From positions 1 through 64,000 of IMG/VR virus record IMGVR_UViG_3300017917_000400: a DNA stretch of 64,000 nucleotides. One strand, given 5' to 3'. A program made the translations under genes and the position numbers. Every line of letters begins with the position of its first letter. The first letter of the stretch is position 1. Source of the DNA: a virus. The notes beneath the pieces were generated by a model. That model was given only the letters and a program-made list of their open reading frames with translations. It was not told the DNA's origin and ran no database searches. Positions 48,615 through 55,855 of this stretch are shown here, one piece after another.

Positions 48615-49190
48615 TTAATAAAATATTACAGATTTAAACTCATCATAAGTGAGTGTACTGTAGTTTTCATATTTCTTCCAACCAAACTCAATACTACCTG
48701 GTTCAGTTACTCTAATGTATTTAGTATTAGGAAATTCTTTTATAACACTTTCGGTCTGTCTTTGCCAGTTTCCGTGAAAGGTTGCAGGTTCTACACTGCG
48801 TCTATAATTGTGTGTATCAGCATAGACATTGTTTAATTTGTTATTAATTCCAACATAATCAAAACCTAAAATATAGATAGTTTCATAACCGTGTGTGCTG
48901 GCTAACCATAGTGCTGTTGGGCCACTACTCCAACCTTTACTTGGTTCAAAAAAGTTTAATCCGTGGATATTTTTTATTTTTGTATTGAGATTAGTGTACA
49001 CAGGAATACGTCTGTGTACTGCATTATCTGTTAATTCTAGAACCATTTTTGGATCTACAGCCACAAGATAATCCGGGTCGCAGTCCCTATATAGTGCGTT
49101 ACAACCGTATAATTTTCCTAGAGATTTTAATCTATTAGGCTCAACGGCCATACGGCTACGTCCGTTGCCTAATACAAAGGCGTGATTCAT
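48615..49190 (-). CDS. DUF115/MptE-like or sialyltransferase-like Rossmann protein
   Basis: AFVLGNGRS...YGCNA.YR...PDYLVAVD...SSGPTAL..A...GYETIYILGFDY. Confidence 0.55.
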   Translation of the reverse strand: MNHAFVLGNGRSRMAVEPNRLKSLGKLYGCNALYRDCDPDYLVAVDPKMVLELTDNAVHRRIPVYTNLNTKIKNIHGLNFFEPSKGWSSGPTALWLASTHGYETIYILGFDYVGINNKLNNVYADTHNYRRSVEPATFHGNWQRQTESVIKEFPNTKYIRVTEPGSIEFGWKKYENYSTLTYDEFKSVIFY

Positions 49191-49201
49191 GTATTAATTT
49201 A

Positions 49202-49441
49202 TCAAGCGGCTGGGGGAGGGGCCGCGTACATTCGAGCAATAAATTCTAGCTCTGCTTGAGTTTCTTTGATGTGTTGATCTGATGCTCTACGCAATTCGTT
49301 AATTTGACCTAAGGTCAAACGAGTTTTGCGTGTATCGTCTAAACCGTCAAGACGATCTGTATCACGATCTGCAATATAGTTGTCATCCTGCTCTAATTCA
49401 GCAGTGTCACGATTAAAATAAAATAATTCACGTAGGATCAT
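49202..49441 (-). CDS. Hypothetical protein
   Basis: 79 aa (MILRELF...DTRKTRLTL.QINELR), directly after the portal gene. Confidence 0.6.
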   Translation of the reverse strand: MILRELFYFNRDTAELEQDDNYIADRDTDRLDGLDDTRKTRLTLGQINELRRASDQHIKETQAELEFIARMYAAPPPAA

Positions 49442-49449
49442 GATATTAT

Positions 49450-51162
49450 TTATGCTGGAGGTGCGCCTGCCGGAGCGGCTGCTCCTGGTTCTGCTGGTGC
49501 TCCACCTTCTGCACCTGCCTCTGGAGCCATACCTTCTGGTGCTGGTTCTGCACCTGCCATTGCTGAAGCATCAGCGGCGATGCCAGTTGGGCTTACGCCG
49601 GCGGTACGTAATTCGCCTGCGGCATCTTGTGATGTGCTCTTAGCCATACCGCTTTCTTCTTTCCACAGGCGTTCGTTTTCTGCTAGGTCTTCGTCTGTCA
49701 TACCTAGGAATCGTTTTAATGCAAAACGTTTAGCAATAAACGGTAATGCAACTACCTGTGCAAATGTTGAAATGCGCTGATTATCTAACTCTGCTTGACG
49801 ATATGCGGCAAAGTTTTGTGGGCTTTGAAAGCGAATATCAAATAAACTAAAGTCAATGTTTACACCTTTGTTATACAAGAATAATTTAAATTCTGTATCA
49901 AAAGTTTCAATCATTGCTGTTTGCAAACGCTCGCAATATTTGTTAAATCTTAGTTCTTGAATATATGCTGTGCCAACACGACCGTCATTAAATGCGGCTT
50001 GACTGTCATCTGCACCTGTAGGCAAATAACTACTAGGAATACGCAGAGCTCGCATTAGTTTGTTGGTAAAATATTTTAAATCGTCAATCTCGCCCAGGTT
50101 AGTGCCGCCTGGTAATGTTTCAACTTTTGATCCACGACCTTCTGCTGTCTGAGGAAAGAAGTAGTCTTCATTGATAGACAACGGATTATAAGCACTATCG
50201 ATAGCACTGCCACCGCCTGTGCTACTAGGAATACGACGTTGATGAATTTCATTTTTTACTCTTTCAACGAACCCCATGGCTAAGTGGCTAGGCATATTAC
50301 CAACATCAATGTAGAAAATTCTACGCTCTGGAGCACGTTGTATGCGATAGATAATGATCGCATCTTCTAATAATTCTTTTTGTTTATAAACTTTGAATAC
50401 AGATTCTAATAAACTGTTACCAAACGGATAATTGTTATCTAAGCCTTCGCTTAGGCTTAGATGCACTACATGTTTGGCTTCAACTGCAAATTCATTTTGA
50501 CTGCGACTAAATCTTGTACCTGACTGTTGAGGATATGCGCCTGTCATGCCTCGTGCGCCACCGCCACCTTGAACATAGGCAGCACCGCCTGGTTGTACAT
50601 TTTGTGTGTTAGGATTGATCTGTGTTACTACTAGATCTTGTAGATTAATGTTTAAATCACGAATAACATACTGCTCAGGTTTTTTACCTTCGCTTTCGTT
50701 GACGATAATCTTAACTACTTTGCCTGGATCAACGTAGTACCATTTTTGTGTTTCTGGATCTCTAACAAAAAACCCGTCGCCATACTTAAACAAGTTACGT
50801 GCAATACGGAACATTCTTTGATCTAATTTCTGTAGTTTACTCCACTGCTGTAGATATTCTTTTAGAATTTTAACTTCAGAATTAGTTGCTCGATTTCTAA
50901 ATTGTAGAGTAAATGGAGTGCCGTTTTCTTTGTTTTTCTGTGTGCAGAATTCTGCTAGAATGTCCAGTGCGGCATTAACTTCACTGTCCCAGTCCATAGT
51001 ATCGTACTGCATATAACGTTCGACACGATTTGGACTACCAGTGTAGACATCTGGAAGATAAGAACTGTAGTTACTGCGAGCTGGTCCGGGTTTACCGCCA
51101 GCACCAGATATTGGGCTAATATTGCCTGTGGTTACCGGTGAAAAGTGTCTTTTCCAACTCAT
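49450..51162 (-). CDS. gp20: Portal protein (gp20-like)
   Basis: LLEDAIIIYRIQRAPERRIFYIDVGNMP, EDYFFP..EGRGSKVETLPGG.NLGEIDD, ELRFNKY..RLQ. Confidence 0.96.
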   Translation of the reverse strand: MSWKRHFSPVTTGNISPISGAGGKPGPARSNYSSYLPDVYTGSPNRVERYMQYDTMDWDSEVNAALDILAEFCTQKNKENGTPFTLQFRNRATNSEVKILKEYLQQWSKLQKLDQRMFRIARNLFKYGDGFFVRDPETQKWYYVDPGKVVKIIVNESEGKKPEQYVIRDLNINLQDLVVTQINPNTQNVQPGGAAYVQGGGGARGMTGAYPQQSGTRFSRSQNEFAVEAKHVVHLSLSEGLDNNYPFGNSLLESVFKVYKQKELLEDAIIIYRIQRAPERRIFYIDVGNMPSHLAMGFVERVKNEIHQRRIPSSTGGGSAIDSAYNPLSINEDYFFPQTAEGRGSKVETLPGGTNLGEIDDLKYFTNKLMRALRIPSSYLPTGADDSQAAFNDGRVGTAYIQELRFNKYCERLQTAMIETFDTEFKLFLYNKGVNIDFSLFDIRFQSPQNFAAYRQAELDNQRISTFAQVVALPFIAKRFALKRFLGMTDEDLAENERLWKEESGMAKSTSQDAAGELRTAGVSPTGIAADASAMAGAEPAPEGMAPEAGAEGGAPAEPGAAAPAGAPPA

Positions 51163-51174
51163 TATTAATTCCTA

Positions 51175-53568
51175 TTATACAATGTTTCCAGTGGCTTGTC
51201 TAGTGTATTTGGCTGTCTTGCTTAAGAAATCATTAGCATCAGATTGATGTGATACTAACTGTCCCATGTTCATATTTAACTGATTTAACAAGGTAACCAT
51301 TTCTTTTTCCATTCCCGGACCAAGTGCTGTTGGTGTTTTTAATTCTGGTTTTGGCTGTGTAGTTTGTTTTTCAACTGCTGAACTTAATTTACTAATGCTG
51401 TCATTTAATGTGTTTAAGTTTACATTATTAAGGTCTTTAAATGCAGATGTAGTTACACTGATAGTATCTTTAAGTGTTTTTAATTTGATTACACTTTGAT
51501 CAATACTAGTTCCTACAGATTCAGGTATGGCTAATTTAGAGAAATCGACACTCTTAAGTGCAGTATTAAGTTCGTTAACATCCTTTGACATTTGACCTGT
51601 AACCGCCTGTGCATTAGACGCTGCCTGCATATTTTGGGGAATATTTGCGCCCGCTGTTGGGGTCGCTGGAGCGACAACAGTGTTAGTTCCGCCTGTTTCA
51701 AATGCTTTTCTTGCTTTTAAGAAATCTGGAGTAACCATATCCATTAGATCGTCTGCAAAATAAACAGCGGCACCCGCGGCAGTAGTTCCCATTAATACAT
51801 ATTTGTTTTTCTTGGCGGCGCCCATAATCTTTTGCCACCAACTTGGCTTTTCACCTATTTCTTCTGCACCTTCTTTTAAAATTTTACCAGGTGTAGTTCC
51901 AGGTTTTTCAGGAGTTCCTGGCTTTTTGCTATCAGGCTTGCTAGGTTCAGTTGTTGGTGCAGTTGTTGGGGCTTTACCGTCTCTGTATTTGTCATAGGCC
52001 ATGCCTGCGGCCTTAGCACCTACATAAGTTGCGGCTGCGGCACCCCCAACCTTAATAAGATCGTTAATTAGTACTTTAGCAGTTTCAGCACCAAATAGAG
52101 TTATCATTCTACGTGAGGGATCAATTTCTGCAAACTTGTCAGCGGCTGCCATACCAGCATCGGCAGCCATTTTCATTCCTTTGGCTGTTAAATCTAATGT
52201 GCCTGTTTCAATAAAAGATTTTTTAAACGAATTTTGAATCTGAGTTAATGTTTGATCTAAACCAGCGGCAGCTCTTGTTGGATCTGTTGATTTTAATTTG
52301 TCTGCTTGTTCTTTGGCAGCGGCATCCATGGCTGCATTAGTATCCTGCATACCCTGCATCACTGCTTTACCTAATGCTGGAGTAAAATTACCCATTGTGG
52401 CCATAGAACCCGCAAGTCTACGTTCACCTTCTGTTAACTGTTCGCCTGCTCGACCTGCTTTAGCAAATCCTTCATTCATTCCTCTTACAGCATCTTTACT
52501 ACCGTTGAACAGATCTCTACCCATTTTACCTGCATCAACACCTGCACTGGCCATGGTCATTGTAAAGTTACGTGCTTCTTTAGTTACTGCAACACCGCCA
52601 GATGCTATTAAATCTTTAAAGCCCGCTGCCATTTGACCGGTTGGATCTAATTGATTTAACTGTGCAATCTTAGCGTTGACTGCGGTACGTTCTTCTTCAC
52701 TAAGTTTACCAAGAGCTAGTTTCATTCTAGCATCTCTCTGTGCGGCTTTGTTCTGTTCGTCTAATTGCTGTCTAGATATACCAGTAGCCTTGGCCATCTT
52801 ATCTAGTTCTTCGTTGTACTTGGCGGCACCTTCTGCAACTTCTGCATCGCTCATTGAGCGAAGTCTTCCACTTCTTTGCAGTTGTTCCATGTAACTAGCA
52901 TTATAGTTAGCCAGTTCGTCCATGCTAAAGCCAAGTGAGGCAAATTTCTGTCCAGACTTATCCATGAATTTGCCTTGTATGGAAGCAAATTTATCAGCAC
53001 CTTGGCTGGCTGTACCAAATGCCATAGATAACGTTGTAGAGTTTTCTTTGATTGTACGTGCAAAGATTTCTAAAGGAAGCCTTGCTTCACCGGCTTTTAA
53101 TTGAGCAGTTAGTAATGAGTCGCCTAGATCAATACCTGACTGAGATAACTGTCTAAAAATCTGTACTTGATCGTCAAGAACTCCGCCAAACTGTGTTATT
53201 ACATCACTGACACCTTTAAGATTAGCCAACGGCATTGAAGCCAAGTAGCCAGTAAAGTCTCTAATAGCCGGTGTTGTGTTAGTAAATGCTTTGCCAAATG
53301 TCTGTGCAGTGCCTTGTAGAGCATCGCCGAATACATTTATAGATTCTGTAAAGCCCTTTTCTGCTTGCGCTCCTTTTGCTCTAGCGTCGTCTGCCGCAGT
53401 TTTTGTAGCACCTGCATCACCACCGGCGGGTATACCACTAGGCTTGGCTCCCGATGTTTGACCTGCACCTTTGTTCAACTGCGCCAATATCTGGCGCATT
53501 GTAGATTCTTCGGCGGCTCCTTCAACTAATACTGTACCGTACTGCGGTATGGTGACTTTTATTGCCAT
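51175..53568 (-). CDS. Putative tape measure protein
   Basis: 797 aa, Ala/Gln/Gly-rich and helical; divergent from the gp26-like gene. Confidence 0.6.
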   Translation of the reverse strand: MAIKVTIPQYGTVLVEGAAEESTMRQILAQLNKGAGQTSGAKPSGIPAGGDAGATKTAADDARAKGAQAEKGFTESINVFGDALQGTAQTFGKAFTNTTPAIRDFTGYLASMPLANLKGVSDVITQFGGVLDDQVQIFRQLSQSGIDLGDSLLTAQLKAGEARLPLEIFARTIKENSTTLSMAFGTASQGADKFASIQGKFMDKSGQKFASLGFSMDELANYNASYMEQLQRSGRLRSMSDAEVAEGAAKYNEELDKMAKATGISRQQLDEQNKAAQRDARMKLALGKLSEEERTAVNAKIAQLNQLDPTGQMAAGFKDLIASGGVAVTKEARNFTMTMASAGVDAGKMGRDLFNGSKDAVRGMNEGFAKAGRAGEQLTEGERRLAGSMATMGNFTPALGKAVMQGMQDTNAAMDAAAKEQADKLKSTDPTRAAAGLDQTLTQIQNSFKKSFIETGTLDLTAKGMKMAADAGMAAADKFAEIDPSRRMITLFGAETAKVLINDLIKVGGAAAATYVGAKAAGMAYDKYRDGKAPTTAPTTEPSKPDSKKPGTPEKPGTTPGKILKEGAEEIGEKPSWWQKIMGAAKKNKYVLMGTTAAGAAVYFADDLMDMVTPDFLKARKAFETGGTNTVVAPATPTAGANIPQNMQAASNAQAVTGQMSKDVNELNTALKSVDFSKLAIPESVGTSIDQSVIKLKTLKDTISVTTSAFKDLNNVNLNTLNDSISKLSSAVEKQTTQPKPELKTPTALGPGMEKEMVTLLNQLNMNMGQLVSHQSDANDFLSKTAKYTRQATGNIV

Positions 53569-53593
53569 TTATTTTTCCATGAAAAACTGCGTA

Positions 53594-53601
53594 TATAAAT
53601 A
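53594..53601 (+). promoter_or_regulatory. T4-type late promoter TATAAATA
   Basis: Exact T4 late consensus upstream of the gp26-like gene. Confidence 0.75.
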
Positions 53602-53619
53602 ATAAGACGAGCAGTATAT

Positions 53620-53626
53620 TATTTAG
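53620..53626 (-). promoter_or_regulatory. Late promoter CTAAATA for the tape measure/portal transcript
   Basis: tatttag on the + strand, about 52 nt upstream of ATG 53568. Confidence 0.5.
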
Positions 53627-53642
53627 TGGAGTTAAAAAACAC

Positions 53643-54509
53643 ATGGAAAACCAAGAACAACAAGGAATGAATCCTTTAAAGAAATATTTCAGACAACCAA
53701 AGATATATCTTAAATTACCTAGTAGCGGTAATTTTTATCCCAAGGGTTCAATTGAATTTACACAAAATATGGAATTTCCTGTGTATGCCATGACTGCTAG
53801 AGATGAAATCGCAATTAAAACTCCAGATGCACTAATGAATGGTCAAAGCACAGTTGACGTTATACAAAGTTGCATTCCAAATATTAAAAATGCTTGGATG
53901 ATTCCAAGTATCGACATTGATGCTATTCTTATCGCTATCCGTATTGCTACCTACGGAGAGCAAATTGATCTTGATATCAGTATTCCAAATACCACTATAA
54001 CTAAGACATATACCACAGATCTAAGATTGGCCTTAGATAAACTACTTACTGCTGTCTACGATTCAGAAATTAAAATAAATGATGAATTAACTGCGTTTAT
54101 ACGCCCTATTAACTATGAAGAATTTACTAAAAATTCAATTAAAACCTTAGAGGAACAAAGAATATTCAGCATAGTTAACAGTCAAGAAATGTCAGAACAC
54201 CAAAAAATTGAGCAGTTTAATAAAAGTTTTAAAATTTTAACAGAAATTAATGTTGGTTCTATTGTTAAAAGTATTGTTAAGATTGTTACTCCTGACGGAG
54301 AAGTAACAAATATTGATCATATTAATGAATTTGTCAACAATTCGGACACAGAGTTTTTTAACAAAGTCACAGATCATTTAGAAAAACAACGTGACAAGTT
54401 TACAATGCCTATGTTTAAAATTGTTACTACTCAAGAAGAGCGCGAACAAGGCGCTCCAGACGAATTTGAAACACCAGTATCGTTGGATGCTTCAAATTTT
54501 TTCGCATAA
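53643..54509 (+). CDS. gp26: Baseplate hub assembly protein / tail chaperone (T4 gp26-like)
   Basis: YLKLPSSG...AMTARDEI...IQSC...IDIDAILIAIRIATYGE; ends in the characteristic ..SNFF. Confidence 0.75.
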   Translation: MENQEQQGMNPLKKYFRQPKIYLKLPSSGNFYPKGSIEFTQNMEFPVYAMTARDEIAIKTPDALMNGQSTVDVIQSCIPNIKNAWMIPSIDIDAILIAIRIATYGEQIDLDISIPNTTITKTYTTDLRLALDKLLTAVYDSEIKINDELTAFIRPINYEEFTKNSIKTLEEQRIFSIVNSQEMSEHQKIEQFNKSFKILTEINVGSIVKSIVKIVTPDGEVTNIDHINEFVNNSDTEFFNKVTDHLEKQRDKFTMPMFKIVTTQEEREQGAPDEFETPVSLDASNFFA

Positions 54510-54733
54510 AGCTCTTCAACCTTAACCTCGAAGACGCACTGCGAGTCGTTGAAGGGCTTGATAAAGAAGTTAAAGCGATTCGTACAGATCTACTAAAAAT
54601 TACCTGGTACATGAGAGGTGGTATCACATTAGATGATGCCTTTGCTCTTACAGTTGAAGATCGTGAGATCATATCAGAGATTATCAAAGATAATCTAGAA
54701 ACTACTAAGAAATCAGGATTACCTTTCTTTTAA
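54497..54733 (+). CDS. gp51-like ORF, probably expressed as a -1 frameshift extension of gp26-like
   Basis: The -1 frame is open from T TTT TTC: FFRIKLFNLNLEDALRVVEGLDKEVKAIRTDLLKITWYMRGGITLDDAFALTVEDREIISEIIKDNLETTKKSGLPFF*. Its only ATG is at 54611. Confidence 0.6.
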   Translation, partial: FFRIKLFNLNLEDALRVVEGLDKEVKAIRTDLLKITWYMRGGITLDDAFALTVEDREIISEIIKDNLETTKKSGLPFF

Positions 54734-54737
54734 TATT

Positions 54738-54765
54738 ATAGATGAACTGCGTTCATCTGTTCTTC
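54738..54765 (+). terminator. Hairpin/terminator after the gp26 unit
   Basis: AGATGAAC-TGC-GTTCATCT followed by GTTCTT. Confidence 0.55.
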
Positions 54766-55176
54766 GCTATCGCTCGAACTATTTGTTTCTTTTTAATAAT
54801 AGAGCATTATTAAGTGCGAAGCACTTTAGCATTATCCAGATTGTTCAGTCACACTTTGCCCGCACAGGGCAAAGAAATGAACATTATCCGAGTTGCACAA
54901 TGTCACACAGCAGTAGAGCATTACAGTGGCGGTTGACCGGTACCACGAGCTCCGTCTTCATTCAACGGCGGCATACATTAATCTGCTATCACTAGTGTAT
55001 GCGTGAGGTTTTTCTCCTCTCTTTGGGCCTTTATTCTTTCAAACAGCAAAACTTGGGCAGTTTCAAGTCGTCGTCCTGTTAAGGATAGTTGCTGAGTACT
55101 CTTTACGGCGAGAGATTTCCGTCCCTGCGACCCGCGGTCCAGGTATAAGGGCGCATGAAGTTAGCCTGCGCGAGCT
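54766..55176 (-). ncRNA. Candidate large structured non-coding RNA (unassigned family)
   Basis: No credible ORF; GC-richer than its flanks; more than 10 helices and two possible pseudoknots. Strand is inferred from the upstream gene. Confidence 0.55.
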
Positions 55177-55620
55177 TTAACCGTTTGATTTGGCCTGTGC
55201 TTGCTCTTGAAGACGTTGCCTTAGAATGTTTGAGCCGCCTACTCTGACGTTAATGATACCATTATAGTAATCATCTGTTTCTAATACTCTGCGTTCAAAC
55301 TGTTCTCTTGCCTCTAGATATGACATTTCTGCCTTGGACTTGCAATAATAAAGTATTTCTCTAGTGAATTTTTCTGGACCTAATGCTTGTACATCTGCAT
55401 TTAATCTGTCAGAAGAACCCCAATAGTCGCGCCAATCGCTTTCTACGGTACTTCTTCTTTTAAGTTTACGGCCTTTGAGTGGTGGTTTAGTGCGTTTAAA
55501 CTGTGCTAGTTTTTTGCCTATGTACTTTTGCCCGGTTGTAAGATTGGTTATAAGATAAACAAAACCTATATAACCTTCGGGAATTTCTTCGACTAAACTG
55601 TTTTGATAGTGCCATGACAT
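55177..55620 (-). CDS. GIY-YIG endonuclease (Seg-like, nuclease domain only)
   Basis: GFVYLITN...KYIGKK, YWGSS, FTREIL, E...F...YYN. Confidence 0.88.
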   Translation of the reverse strand: MSWHYQNSLVEEIPEGYIGFVYLITNLTTGQKYIGKKLAQFKRTKPPLKGRKLKRRSTVESDWRDYWGSSDRLNADVQALGPEKFTREILYYCKSKAEMSYLEAREQFERRVLETDDYYNGIINVRVGGSNILRQRLQEQAQAKSNG

Positions 55621-55654
55621 GCACTTATATACCGGTTAGTCACTGCCTGTGTCT

Positions 55655-55855
55655 TTAGTTTTGGTTTTTTTTACGTGAAGCCTGTATTTCCATTCGCCTT
55701 TTTTTACATAGATCTCTAATTGTTCTTAGATATTCTCTTGCCTGTACGCTAGATCCGTGATAGCCGTAACGTTCATATCGTTCGTTCCAGCGAGAGTACT
55801 CAATAAACGCTTTAACTAAAGAGTCGTGAGTGTCGTCTTTGATATCATCAGTCAT
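55655..55855 (-). CDS. Hypothetical protein
   Basis: 66 aa, overlaps the gp46 stop; basic helical C-terminus. Confidence 0.55.
   Translation of the reverse strand: MTDDIKDDTHDSLVKAFIEYSRWNERYERYGYHGSSVQAREYLRTIRDLCKKRRMEIQASRKKNQN

Noticed and set aside
54830-54908. Mini CRISPR array
   Set aside because: Only two imperfect repeats with variable cores, and no cas genes.
54783-54995. 70-aa plus-strand ORF in the non-coding region
   Set aside because: TTG start, no Shine-Dalgarno, atypical composition, and it lies after a terminator-like hairpin; the structure explains the region better.
54734-55620. Group I intron, tmRNA or RNase P RNA
   Set aside because: No interrupted host gene, no P/Q/R/S or P7 consensus, no tRNA-like ends and no GAGGAAAGUCC motif found by eye.
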